DNA of 64,000 bases from the human T2T-CHM13v2.0 reference genome, Homo sapiens: the NCBI RefSeq assembly GCF_009914755.1, contig NC_060930.1. The stretch is one strand, 5' to 3'. The translations under genes were made by a program, and so were the position numbers. Positions 1-14,373 of the stretch are shown here, in pieces. The notes under the pieces were generated by a model, which ran no database searches, had not been told where the DNA came from, and saw only the letters and a list, made by a program, of their open reading frames with translations. Each line of letters opens with the position of its first letter. Position 1 is the first letter of the stretch.

Positions 1-2461
1 TATTGACTAAATAGTTGTAAACATATGTTCTAAGATTATACAAGAATATCTAGGATGCTAAAATTCTGCCAGTTGTACACTTAAAGAAAACATAGCCATC
101 AATTTGCAATTACATGTGTAACTTCCTAGTCTTTACAGTGAAACTCTTCTATGAACAAAGTTTGCCAACTTCTCGGCACCTAAATCATTTAACTGTGATT
201 TAATAGAAGTTCCATAAGTATGAACCTTTCTTTTTCAGTGTCCTCAGACACAAGTTCTCAACAGCCAGCTAGGCATCTCCAAACACACGTACTCAGCTGG
301 CATCAACTCCCATCATGTTGGAACAATGCAGCATCCTTCCCCCAACCAAACCGGGTCTTCAGACTTCCCATTTCCTTCTATGGCATGACATTTTTCTCTA
401 GTTCCCCACCAATGAAACTTCAATGCCAAGTTAGTCAAGGTTATGTGAAATATAGCCCATATTTTATTTTTTGTCCAATCTTCAACATCTCTCTTCAGGT
501 TCTAGAAGAACAAGAACCCATCCTTTTTGGCAAGCATTCTCTATGCTCATTCCCCTATTCCTCCATCTACAGAATCCTACCTCAACTCAATTCATCCAAG
601 AAGTTCTTCCTGGTGACTTCCAACCAGATGTGTTTTCTCCACCTTTAAAACTTCATAATATTTTCAGGTGCGATACGGCAGTTATGTTTCATATTCTTAT
701 ATTATAGCTATTAGGTTGAACAACATGAAATTGTTGAACCTGTAAAAATGGCAATCCCATATGGTTCAATCTAATATTTCTCTCGGTTTTAGGGCTCATA
801 AATAAAGAGCAGTCTCCATGAAAACAGGGGCTGAGTTAGGTCTCTCTTTTGGATCCCCTGAGAAGCCTAGGACATTGGAAGTGCTTAAGAAGTGTTTGTC
901 AAAATAGACTCATAAATCAACACATGTCTTAGGCATATATGTTTGCAAAGTCAATCATCTGAAGCAATTAGTCTAACTACATATGAAATCGCTAATTGTT
1001 TTATGAATCAGCACAAATGGCAGTTTAGAACCTGAAGGTTTTGGCAATATAAAATGTTTTGATTCAAGGAGCTGTTTTAAAATTATTTATTTGTGAAGGA
1101 AACATCCTTGGATTTAGAGGTTGGCAGATACAGTGAAAATCTTTTTAGTTGACTGAAATAGAAAAAAAAAAAATCAAAACCCTTTTTAGCACATGCACTT
1201 CCCTTATAAAACCAAATTGCCTGAAAGCAGAGGCCAGCAGTTTGTGCACAACGAGTATGTGCCTCAACACCATCAGCAGGAGATGCAATGCAGAATGACA
1301 GGAACAATTTGCATTTCTGTAGCTTCTTTGTATACCCAAATTCTGAGAGCATTTTACAAAGCCATAAATATCGTTACCCACAAGAGACAGGGAAAGGATG
1401 CAGATACAAGGACGGACTTTGTGTACTCTGACCCAGGAGCCCCCCTGCGCGGAGCAGTGATACCCACACAGCTGTAAACCTGAGTGCAATTAATTGATGC
1501 TGGTTAAGAAAAGGGGAACATACATCTGCAGGGTCCTTCACAGTCACAGGGACCATTCCCAGAAAGCGTTTCGTCTTTCTTGCATTCACAAAGAATAGCG
1601 TCAACAAATGTTGAGTTGTATTTGCGAGTTTCCCCAACAAAGGACGGGTCTCTAGTTCTAGGTGATGGTGGTATTATCAGTCACCTCACCAGTCCCCCTA
1701 ATTCCTACAAAAATCACCAATCCGAATGACATGTGTGTAGGGCTTTCATGGGGCTAGGAGCAGTGGGCTGCCAGAAGCTCTGCTGGGGCCAGGAGAGAAG
1801 AGAGCATCGTTCACACTTATTACGTTGCAGGGGCCTATTTCCAGGGACAATGTTACTGAACCTTGGAGAAATTCATGCAAAGGTATACTGTTGTTGTGCT
1901 CCAGGCTTCCTTCCCCATCAGCTGCAGAACTGTGCGATTCTGGTCCTGGCCAAGGAGTGCCCAAAGCTAGTTGCCAATGGGCCCCGGAGCCCACACCTCC
2001 TCTAGCGCAGCATAGCAGCAGCCCTCACTAACCTCCAGGGGTCACAATTGGGTTACAAATTCCTCACAGTGCAGGGACTGAGCAGCCTGATTGGGAACAA
2101 TTTATTCGAATCCTTCTTCGTTAAGATTCAAATGGAATAAGTAAGGTAGAAATTGAACAGACACAGAAATTGTGCCTTGCTGCTCCTGTAGTCAGTAGAC
2201 ATTTATTCACTAAGCCTAGCTCGTGTGTTCTTTCTCTCTCTCTTTCTCACTCGCAGTTGTTCTTCCAATCTTTCCTGCTTGCTGTTTTAATGCATAATTA
2301 AGAAGGTCAGAATTAATGAAGCAGTGTGGAGTAAAGTTCAAGGAATCCCCAGGCACTATTTATTCTATTAGATCTCAGGCATGAATGTCAGATTGGCAGC
2401 GCAGGCGGCATGAGCAATGGAGCTGGCGGCATCCCAAGAACGGCCGCCAAGGGAGACTCAC
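1..2461 (-). other. PRKN: PRKN intron 2 (5' portion)
   Basis: Lies downstream of the exon 2 donor on the minus strand. No exon 3 sequence (NCDLDQQS...) is present. Confidence 0.95.
709..776. mobile_element. MADE2-like mariner-derived miniature inverted-repeat element
   Basis: TA-TTAGGTTGAACAACATGAAATTG...GCAATCCCATATGGTTCAATCTAA-TA: terminal inverted repeats with TA TSDs. Confidence 0.75.
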
Positions 2462-2464
2462 CTG
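2456..2464 (-). promoter_or_regulatory. Exon 2 5' splice donor CAG|GTGAGT
   Basis: Near-perfect U1 consensus on the minus strand. Confidence 0.97.
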
Positions 2465-2625
2465 CACAGTCCAGTCATTCCTCAGCTCCTTCCCTGCGAA
2501 AATCACACGCAACTGGTCAGCCGGAACCCCCTGTCGCTTAGCAACCACCTCCTTGAGCTGGAAGATGCTGGTGTCAGAATCGACCTCCACTGGGAAACCA
2601 TGGCTGGAGTTGAACCTGACAAACA
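2462..2625 (-). CDS. PRKN: PRKN (parkin RBR E3 ubiquitin ligase) exon 2, ubiquitin-like domain residues 3-57 (c.8-171)
   Basis: Minus-strand translation (V)[54 protein letters not shown] matches the human parkin N-terminus. The exon is 164 nt, bounded by an AG acceptor (2627-2626) and a GT donor (2461-2460). It starts in phase 1 and ends in phase 0. Confidence 0.99.
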
Positions 2626-2664
2626 CTGACCAAGGAAATTGGAAGGGAGAAGAGAAAGTGAGCA
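2626..2664 (-). promoter_or_regulatory. Exon 2 3' splice site: branch point, polypyrimidine tract and AG
   Basis: Minus strand reads tgctcActttctcttctcccttccaatttccttggtcAG|TG. The yUnAy-type CTCAC has its putative branch A at 2659, 34 nt from the exon. Confidence 0.85.
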
Positions 2665-3239
2665 TCACTCGAAGCCCTTAAATGGTGATAGCAACATTTC
2701 TCAACCGATTTACCCCTCGCAGCCCTTCAGTGAATGGTATATATTTTCTTTCACTTACAACAAAAAACTTAATGCTATAGAGCAATATTTGGGAAAAACA
2801 GAGTTAGTTACCCACGAGATTTCCCTTTCATATATTCGTCAGTGACCTGCAAACCAAAATTGCATTCTCCCTTTGACATCCATCCTGGGAAACAGAGAGA
2901 CTTGAGCAGGACACTTGCTTGATTGGAATTGAAAGAGTCCCATGAGTTTATTGAAAAGACTCAGCTCTGACAGCATGTACACACTCACACTCCCTCCACA
3001 GTGACCCTCTTAATAAAAATAGGAGGCGATGTGTTAGCACTCAAGGTATAGCAATGGAAAAAAATCTAAGCTGCTCTATAGACCAGAGTGAAGACCCACT
3101 CGGGGCTATGGCTCAGAGCCCTAGACTTGGGTGGTCCTGGCCAAAATGCTCCACTGGGTCTATGAAGACAATTATTTGCCCTCTTTTTGGCAGGGAGGGG
3201 GTGGAGACACTAGTGACACCATTTGTCTTATTGAAGCCA

Positions 3240-3870
3240 CTGTTCCCCGTGAGACCCAGGCTGCATCCTCTAGTCTGTCTGTCTGCATGCCGTCTTCTCA
3301 CTGCACCTGCTGTCCCACCTCTTCAGCGTCTCTCACTGCCCTTTACTTTCCATTCTTTCTCTCACTGCTTGAAGTCACGCTCTCATCACATCTTTTCTAG
3401 AGTCTCATAATAGCCCCCAACTGGAGTCTTGATCCACGCCATCACCTCCAAAAGGCCCTACATAGTTCTGCAAAATGAGCCTTATTAATACAGAGCTATG
3501 TCACACCACTCAAATCCTTTAAGTCTCACACTGTCGGCTGGTGAGGAAAGACTCCAAGATCCCTTTCATCTAGCACAAACCTACATTCCAGCATTTTCTT
3601 CATTAATCTCCATGTGTACTCTTTTAAACTAAATGCTCCCAGAAAAAAAAAAATCACAAAAAACTGCTGCACACAACTTCTTGCTTTTATTCATGACCTC
3701 CCTCCTTCTCCTCTTCCTATTGAAATCCTGCCTACCTCCATGGCCCACTTCAAATGTGACCTCCCCCAAGAAGCTTCTGGCTATCAGCTACTGCAAAAGC
3801 CTGATCTTCCTTATTCAGGGCACCAGTGGCATTTACTATATATGTCTTTTAATATTCACCACATTCCTCA
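3240..3870 (+). mobile_element. Degenerate L2 fragment(s)
   Basis: L2-like phrases such as cccacttcaaatgtgacctcccccaagaagcttc and tcacaccactcaaatcctt. Very diverged. Confidence 0.45.
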
Positions 3871-4269
3871 TGGAAGCAGGATAGCACACGGGTTAAAAGA
3901 ACATCCTGAAGCATTAGGAAGACCTATGAAAAATCCCCACAGACTCCTTTAATTGGCTTAGGATGCTAGGGGTCAATCTATTAACCTCCCTCTTTAGGTC
4001 TCAGTTCCCTTATCTTGAAAACATAAATAAACCACAGACCATATTATTCGGTTCATTAAATAATATTTATAGTATTTAAAACTATCGTCTTGTAACATTT
4101 AAAAATAATGGACATTTAGCTGTTTTTGATATACATTTTGCCTTCTTTAAAAGATAACAAACTCCTCAAGGGCAAGTGTTATTGTTTATTTACTGCTGTG
4201 TTTCCTTTAAATGTAGTACTATAGCTAATTATTTCTCAATACCAATGTGAGATGACCCACCTCATCATA

Positions 4270-4510
4270 ATTATAATAATCATTACAATGCCAATAATAA
4301 TCAGGCACTTACTATGTGCCAGACATTGTGCTCTCATATGGTTTTTCTAAGCCTCCCAGTGATCTGGTCAGGTCCCTATTATTATCCTTATTTTACAGAA
4401 TAATAAACGAAGGCACAGGGAATGGGACCCACTTTTCTAAGGACATTAATTACTTTCTAATGGAACTGGGTTTCAAATTTATTTCAATCTAACTCTAAAG
4501 CTCATTCCAT
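4270..4510 (-). mobile_element. MIR
   Basis: gcacttactatgtgccagacattgtgct...attatccttattttacagaaata...ctgggtttcaaat matches the reverse MIR core. Confidence 0.7.
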
Positions 4511-4543
4511 TTCTACTAAAATAGGCTTCCTGAAACCATCTCA

Positions 4544-4882
<339 letters not shown>

Positions 4883-6899
4883 ACATTTCTATCCCTCATG
4901 ATTAAAAAGATAACAATAAAAAGGCTTTATGACATAAATCAGATATTCCCTATATGGGTGTGCAGTACAAATAAATAAAAGCTCCAGTGAGGAGCTAAGA
5001 GCAAAGGACCGTGAACAATAACCATGAACAACATGGGCCCCAAAACAGACGTGACACTCCAGTGAGGGCAGGTGGTCCAGATGGCACCACAAGAACAAAG
5101 GCCTGACATCTCTGACCAGCACGGAAAGTGTTTAGAAAAAGGAAGGACGACCAGTGACAAAGTGCTCCAAATAAAGAAAATTCATGAAAAATACTAATTA
5201 CGGAGGAAAAGGTGCTTTTGATACACTTTTAAGTCAATTTCATTTGACGCCTTTGAAAATAGAGGGGAAGAAATAAAAATGTATTGGAAGCCCTGAGGTA
5301 TCTTCACAGCATCCTCAGATCAGAGACCATAAGACAACCAATTCATCAGAAAAGACACATGACAAGTTAGGGGCTATAGGGACAAAAGATATGACCCCAG
5401 TTCTAAATTTCATTTTCTACTAGTGAGAATAGATTTAAAGTAAAACACCATAGGAAGGAATGTGGGAAGAAGTGGCTGGAATTTGTGCCAAAGCTGCTAT
5501 AAAACCAGATAAAAATTCCAGGAGATCCTAAGTTTATGATTTTGCTCCAGGGGTTCAAATCATGGAACTCCTACTGCAAGGATGAGAGTTTTTTTGTAAA
5601 GGGAAACTGCAAAAAATATTAAAGATACCTCTGTCCAACTACTGAAATCCTAAGTATATACAAGTTTTTTCTATAATAGAAAAGTTACAGATTTAAAGTT
5701 ACAGTATTTAGATAAATCATAAATACTACGGATATGAATATTTTTAACAGTAAATCTAACATACAATATAAATTTAAAATGGAAAGATAAACCAAATACA
5801 TAATATTTGACCAACTAAAACATTCGCATGAATAAGAAAAAACATCTTAAGAAACTCACTGAGTTCATAATCAAGTGCCATTATGTGAAAAATGGCTAGT
5901 GCTGAATGGCAGTAATGTGATTTGAGTGGGTCTCAACCTTTTTCTGACATATGTGGGAAACATGTCATGTCCCATCTGTACCAGCCCCTGAACTCCAGCC
6001 ATGATTTCCAAAACAGGAGTGGAAGGAAGTACCCAGTTCTCCCCACCTACTACCTCTTTAAAGTCACAGAAGGCAGAACGTCTTTAGAGCTACATAAAGA
6101 GAAATTTGAATGCTGGTTGTAACGCTTGCTAATTTTATGACAAGTTACCTGGCCACCTTGACTGTTAGCTTCCTGATCTAATAAATCGGTATAAGGGATG
6201 CAACACCAATGTCTGTTACACAAGATTTATTGAGATTATGGATGTATTAGAAAATCTCAGAAAGAGACTAGTACAGGGCCTATCCTCCTAGTGCTGGGCA
6301 AGTGTGTGCTCCAAAAATAGTTCCCTATTCTAGGCACCTAGAGGAGGTAGAGCTAATGAAAGCAGTGTCCTTTGCTTGCATGGTAACTAAGGGAGATTAG
6401 ATAGGATGTGGGTAAATACTAAATAAAGTAGCCAATTTTTCTGGATTCTGCTCCTCTTGGTGGACAGAAAACTTCCAGAGACCAAGAGATATGATAGAGA
6501 ATATGGCTCACCTCTACTTTCTAAGGTTTAATTACATATGAAAAGCTTGGAAATGCATTGTTTTAATAATTGTTTTGATGACGTATAATATAGTATCAGA
6601 AACAAACAACATACCAGTAAACATTATCAATCATGTGTATTATCAATCAACATCATAATGCACTGATAACAAAAAACATAATGAGATATATCCAGATTCC
6701 TTTTTTATGATATCCCTAACCAGGGTTGAGAAGTCCCAGAGAGTAAGGAAGTGAATGGGTGGGAAGAGGGGAAAGGGTTATTGGTGGATGGGCCCTTATA
6801 TTTCTTTTAAGACAATTTTATTTACCAAGTCTGACCAGGGTATAAACTTCATAAATATAGTAGTCAATATCAATAATTAATGATTCTTAAATGATTCTG

Positions 6900-7200
6900 G
6901 CTGCTCCTCAAGCAGCCATTCCGCCTCCTGCACTGAGAAGAGCAATGTCATTCATCAGCACAGCCCCATCCTCCTTGTCATTGGTCAAATGATTGGTTCA
7001 GGGATGATGCAAGCCAATCTGTGCCTGGCACTCCCCTTGTTCCAGTGATTGATTCTGCAGAATACAGGTGACATAAGGTGGACTAATCAAAGTCATATCC
7101 AGAACTGTCAAAGGTTCGGTGAAGTCCTTTTAGATGGCAAATAACATCATGTGATGCCTCAGACAGTTTTGCTGAGAGACCCAAAGAAAATCACAGCCCA
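6900..7200. mobile_element. Possible old MaLR (MLT1-type) LTR fragment
   Basis: Motifs gattggttcagggatg, agccaatc and cagtgattgattc resemble MLT1J/K. Highly diverged. Confidence 0.4.
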
Positions 7201-7868
7201 AGATAGACCATTAACATGAGCACAAAAATGGACTCAGTGCACTGAAGGCAGGCAATTCTTCCTCATGAGAGGGTTTCCTAAGCTCCGTGGGATGTTCGGC
7301 TCCACCTGCAGCCCAGTAAGTATCAGAGGCACGCCCCGGTTAATTGCGGCAACACAAAAGTAACTCCACATGTTTCCAAATGTCCCTTGCCTGGGAAGTT
7401 TCTTCTGCACCTTTGAGAACTATCACTAAATCTAGTATTCCCTAACTTTAGCAAACCAACCAACCTGTCCTCACACCCTCCTGCGATTACTACCCCATTT
7501 TTCTATATAGAAATTTTCATTGAGAATTTCTTATCACCCTGGTCTCCATTTCTTTATTTTATACTCTTCCGTGAGCCAACACTTGAAGACTGCTCTTGGT
7601 AAAGCAATGAGCTCTACACTTCAATCCTGTCATCACATTTCAGTTCTTATCAGGTTGACCTTCCAGGGACATTCAATATAGTTGGCTTCTGTTCTCATCA
7701 TCCTTTCTTCTCTTGGCACCCGCCAGAGAAACCCTTCTGGTTTCCCCTACAAAAGAGGACATACTTTTGTAGCTTCCTCTTCTGGATTCTCTCCCTTTAT
7801 TGGCCCTGCAGATTTTGGAGCATCCCAGGAGTCTGAATCTGTGTATTCTCCCAGGTGACCTCCTCTAA

Positions 7869-8337
<469 letters not shown>

Positions 8338-9344
8338 CTCACTGGAACTTCAGATAATTGCATCTACTAGCATTTGATATCTACACGGATGTCCAGTAGA
8401 TAAATAAAATAAACATTCTCTTCCTACACCTGTCTTAGTGCTTTGCCTTATTCCTACCCTCTTTGATCCATCAATAAATTTTGTTAACGGTAGTCCTTCA
8501 TTTCTAACCTAATCTCATCTACAGCAATCTATTTCCCTACCCAATAATTTGTGGTGGAACACAAATCTCTAGAACTGCATCTTTGGACTCATAGCTCAAT
8601 GTTAAGTGACCTTGCATGTGCAATTTCATCTTCATTGGGTTGTTATAAGGATCTGCATTATTACTAGCTACAAGCATTTTTATAGCTCGTTTTTTATTTT
8701 TTAATTGCTATTTTTATGTTTTATATTTTATTATTTATTTTTATTTTTATAACTATTACCTGCATACTCATTTAGCACTTGAGTATATGCTGTATGATAC
8801 CATCCTCTAGTAGCTTGTTTCATAATTCTTTATTTCTGTCTTTGAAGATCTTTGTGACAGGAAGCCTCATTTCATCTCCCCACTTATACATAGAGGCCAG
8901 GATTTTTGCCTTTTATAATGAATTATTAAATGCTATCGGATCAACCCTCCTGCAAAAAAACTACTATAAAATTGGGACTTCACTAAAGAAAGCAGATTCT
9001 TGAAAAGCCATAGAAGAGTGAACAAAAAAAATGAAGATTTCTAGTTAGGGGGTCCACATCAGGAGAAGTACAGTTACGTAAAGGGAGTGCCCATTCTCAC
9101 AGCTTTAGGCTTGAAGCCAGGTGCAGTCCGTGCACATGGCATGTGGGCCAGCAGGCACTTTGGTTGCAAAGCCACAGTTTTTCTGGCTGAAGAAGCAAAA
9201 CACCAAGACTGGGACACCTGCCTCCGAGGAGACACAGAAGAAAATGAGTCAGAAAGAGAAACCCAAATTTCTATCTATCCACGTCTCTGGCTAACCCCTG
9301 AATGATGAAGGTGCGTTATCAGACTCAAAGTTGCTCAGCTAAAG

Positions 9345-10190
9345 GAAGGATGTGCTCAAGGAGGTGAAGTATAATGCCCCTGTGACAGTAAATCCCCTGT
9401 GAATGTAAACGCCCCTATGACTGTAAATGCCCCTTTGAGTGTAACACCCCTGTGAATATGAACGCCCGTGAATGTAAACGCCCCTGTGATTGTAATCCCC
9501 CTGTGAATGTAAACGCCCCTGTGATTGTAATCCCCCTGTGAATGTAAACGCCCCTATGATTGTAACACCCCTGTGATTGTCTTCCTCCTGAAGAATACAG
9601 CATGGAAAGGGGAACAAAAACAACCTCACAGTGGAGAAACCTGACAGGCGCTACCGCAGCCAGGTGATCAAGGTCAACATCAACAGTGGTAAGTCATCTT
9701 GATCATGTTTACCCTTGACACAGTGTGATGCAATGGGCAATTTATCTCTGTGGGCTTTCTCTCAAAAACACATAAGCCCAGTCTAATCTTCACGAAAACA
9801 TCGCACAAAACGCAATTGAGGGACGTTGTAAAAAACACCTGGCCAGCACTGCGCAAACCTTTCAAGGTCATCCAAAACAAGAACAGTCTTTAGAAACTGT
9901 TAGAGTCTAAGGGCCTAAGGAGATGAGTAAATGCAATGTGGTAGCCTGGATGGAATCCTGGAAAAGAAAAGAGACATTCGGTAAAACTAAGAATATCCAA
10001 ATACAGTTTGAATTTTAGTTAATAAGAATGTATCAGCATTCTTTCATTAATGATAACAGATGTAGTATAACAATGTAAGAAGTTTAAAATAGGGAAACTG
10101 GGTGTGGGGTACATGGGAACTCCCTGTACTATTTTTGCATCTTTTTCTGTAAAACTAAAACTGTTGTAAAATAAATGTTCATATATATTA
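9345..10190 (+). mobile_element. L1MC-family 3' UTR fragment interrupted by a minisatellite
   Basis: gtggagaaacctgac...gccaggtgatcaaggtcaacatcaacagtg...gggaactccctgtactatttttgc...ctaaaactgtt...aataaa matches L1MC 3' ends. Confidence 0.8.
9377..9580. repeat. Minisatellite, about 12 copies of a 16-18 bp unit (CCCCTGTGAWTGTAA(AC)N)
   Basis: Unit lengths parsed by eye: 17,18,18,17,18,16,17,18,17,18,17,13 = 204 bp. Confidence 0.95.
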
Positions 10191-10249
10191 AAGAAAAAGA
10201 TCTAGATGGAGATCAGACTTGCACACAAAGAACAGATTTTCTTTTCAAG

Positions 10250-12135
10250 ATCAACCAAAATAAATGTCTTCCAAAACAAACAAACAAAGAACCAAGGGTC
10301 ACTGGAGAAAAAATTACAGAATTCAGTGTCTCCAGTAATTACGTTTATAATGTCTGCGATATAATTTTAAAAGTATCTAACATTTCAAAGAACCATGAAA
10401 GTAAACCATTCTCGGAGAAAAGAAAATCAAGTGAGACAAAACCCTGAAATGACTCTAATTTTGAAACTAGGAAACAAAATTTTAAAGGAGCTAGTAGTAT
10501 TACTGTCCTTAAAGGAGTAAAAAAAAAAAAAAAAAAATTGCAATGAGTGGAAAGATATGACAGATAATCAGAGAAATAGAAATTATAAAAAGGAATCAGG
10601 CCGGGCATGGTGGCTCACTCCTAGCAATTTTTTGGGAGGCCCACACGGGCAGATCACTTGAGCCCAGGAGTTTGAGATCAACCTGAGCAATACAGTGAGA
10701 CCTTAGCTCTATTTTAAAAAAAAGAAAAAAAGAGAGAGAGAGAGAATCAAATAGAAATTCTAGAACTAAAACTACAATTGCCTGGAATAAAAATCTGTTA
10801 AATAAATTTAATACCCAAATGGAGATTAAAGAGGAAAGCATTAGTGAAGAATAAAGAATTGTTTTTAAATGAATAGATGTTAGGGACATATTAGATAATA
10901 TCAAATGATCTAATATATATGTTGTTGGAGTCACAAAGAAAAAATGAAAGAATGGGGCAGAAAAATTTTTCAAAAAATAATGCCCTCAAATTTTAATATG
11001 TGATGAAATAAATAAATTTACATATTCAAGATGTTCAACAAATGTCAAGCAGGATAAATATGAACGTGCTTGTGTCAAGGCAAATCATAGCATAGTCAAA
11101 CTATGGAAAGCCAAAGACAAGGAACAAGCTTTGAAAACAACAAGAAAAGTTTGTCTGTCACATACAGGGTTAAAATGATGTAATTAAGGGTTAACTTCTG
11201 GTCAGAAACAATGGAGTCCAGAAGTGACGGCACAATATTACAGTTCAGGAAGAAAACAAAAAGCAAAAAATGCTTGTCAATGCAGAAGTTTATATCCAGT
11301 GAAAATATCTTTTAAAAATGAGAATAAAATAAAGATATTTTAAGATTAAATAAAATTAAGATAATTTATCACAAGCAGACTCATATCACAAGAAATATCA
11401 AATAAACTCTTCAGGCTGAAGTGAAATGGTACAAGACAGAGATTCAAATCCACAAGAAACAGTAAAAGCATCATAAGTGCTAAATACAGAAGATAATTAG
11501 GTAGGAATTTTTTTGCTTTATTCAACATAATTTATTTAATGCAGATGACTGGGTAAAGCAGAAATTCTATTCCATGGGGAGTTTAGAACATATAATATGT
11601 ATGCCAAGTATGGCATAATAGGTGCGGGGTAAATATGGGTCTTTTATTTATTTTATGAAGTGGAGCAATATTAACAATGAAGAAACTAAGAAGTTAAGGA
11701 CAGACATTATATTTCTTATAGTAAAAATCAAAATGAATAAAAATATTGACCCAAAAAGCAAGCAAAAATCATAATGGAATTCCAAAAAATATTGAAATAA
11801 TCCTTCCAAAAAGGGCAGGAGATAATGAAGAATGGAAGAAAAATAGAGAGGTAGATAGAAAAATACAATAAACTGGTGACCAGAACTCACCACATCAATA
11901 ATTACATTAAATTTTAATGAAGTAAACACTCCAATTAAAAGGCAGGGACTACGTGGACAGAGGGAAGTGGGTCCAGCTATACTCTGTCTACAGGGCTGCA
12001 TTTTAGATATAAAGACACAAATGGTTTCAAAATAAATGAATAAAAAATACGCCAAGTAAAATGTAATCATAAGAAGGCAGGGATGACAATATTATTAATA
12101 TCACAAAAAATAGATTCAAAGGCAAAACTATTTTG
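10250..12135 (+). mobile_element. Ancient L1M 5' region (ORF1 and start of ORF2 remnant)
   Basis: A-rich L1 ORF1-like phrases (gaaattctagaactaaaa, tttatatccagtgaaaatatcttt) and endonuclease-start phrases (ataattacattaaat...aaacactccaattaaaaggcag). No intact frame. Confidence 0.7.
10599..10744 (+). mobile_element. FLAM / Alu left monomer inserted in the L1M
   Basis: Single monomer with an A/GA tail and a short gaatca repeat on both sides. Confidence 0.85.
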
Positions 12136-12619
12136 AAAAAACAAAAAGAGAGAAACTTAAGACTATGCTGCCACCACTTGAAAAGGTGGATCGCAAGGCT
12201 CAAGAATCATAGCCCAAGCCTTCCCACTCCTTCCCTCCTTGAGGTGGAAGAGGTGCCCGGTACTGCATCGGGCCAGACTGGGAATGTCAAGGTCTCCTGC
12301 CACTTCCAGGTTCCCCGGCTGGAAACAGAATGAGGACTTCCTACCCTCCTCAGGGAGTAAGAGACCCTGGTCTTAGAACATAGCAACTGATGAGGACATC
12401 GCGCATAGCCTCAAGGAAACAGCTTTGGTTCTTTGACGAGGGTGTATCTCCAGTAGAATTCCCTCCTCTCTCTCTTTTTCCTTCTCTCTCTCCCCAACAT
12501 ACTCTTTTTTTATTCTTTGATTAATTCTTCCACTTTTAAAATTATTTAGTAGAAACCACATTAAGGGAGATGGAGAATGAGAGGTAGGAAAAAGGCAACT
12601 GAAAATCTATATAATAAGA

Positions 12620-13320
<701 letters not shown>

Positions 13321-13539
13321 GACTCTTAACTTCAGGTCCAACATATAGTGTAAAAATTATTGTAATTATCACGTCAGTTGTGCCATATTAATGTTTGGTT
13401 TTAAAAATGTACCATTTATTTTCTTTAAATAAGAAAAGTGTTCCCAATGGAGCTCTATTCCACTACACTTTATAGTAAATTGTAATTGGTCTAAAGTGTC
13501 GTTAGTATACTGATAGTGATATCTTCTGTTTAAATAGAG

Positions 13540-13760
13540 CTCTCAATTTTCAAAGTGCTTTTACAGACATTATCTCAGTTAATCTTCACAATAGCACTGA
13601 AAGATAATTGGGAGACCATTTACTATTCCTATTTTTAAAATAAAGAAACAGATGCACAAAGAATAAAAGTGGCTTGCCCAAACTTCACAAGGAAAGAAGC
13701 AGGAAAAAGAATCTTGGGTCCTAAACTCCCTCCTCTGTGTCAGTGGCTTTCACACTGGAC
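13540..13760 (-). mobile_element. MIR
   Basis: aagtgcttttacagacattatctcagttaatcttcacaatagc...gaaacagatgcacaaag...gtggcttgcccaa. Confidence 0.65.
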
Positions 13761-14373
13761 TGTATGTTACCCTGAGGGTATATGGGACGTGCCAATGGAA
13801 AGTTCTCCTATTCCTCACACACCGTTCCTTCAAACAGATATGTCTGGAAACACATTTATGGCTGTTTCATGATGGATCATTTTGTCCCAGCTTCCCTTCG
13901 AAATCAACATTCTCCCACTTCACAAAACAAAGGAATACACTCAATCTCCCCCACGGTGGCTCTGGTGCACCACCACAGGGTGTTAAAGGAGCATGCCTTG
14001 AACAACTGGGAACGGGGAGCCTCTTTTAACCCAACCCGTTAACTCACAGTAGAGCTTTATTTCTTTCAGAGTAAGGTAAAGGTTGGCATTAGGAACGATG
14101 ATGTATTTTTTAGCCATTTCGGACTGTGTTTTCAGCACGTGGGTTGAGTTAGGCTGGTATGAATACAGATACACAGTAAAGAGGGACAAGAGAGATGGTG
14201 ATGTTCATTTAACTCTCATAGCTCTTCTACCCCTTGGTATTGCCAAAGAAGTAATTCCTCCTCAGGGAAGTTCTCAGAAGATCAGAGCTAAGATTGTTGT
14301 CTATAATACTGAAGATGACGGTATCTTATATCACCCAGGAGACAAACTGCTGGCAAAGTTCCATCTCTTACCT

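Noticed and set aside
2375-2668. 97-aa minus-strand ORF as a stand-alone ubiquitin-like gene
   Set aside because: Only 2462-2625 matches parkin. The flanking residues are translated polypyrimidine tract and intron, and strong splice sites bound the exon.
9339-9629. Repetitive ORFs or a CRISPR-like reading of the 9377-9580 array
   Set aside because: The units are head-to-tail with no unique spacers, there are no cas genes, and the DNA is human. The peptide repeats simply translate the minisatellite.
10250-12135. Possible functional L1 ORF1/ORF2
   Set aside because: Many stops and frameshifts, with no long plus-strand ORF in the track.
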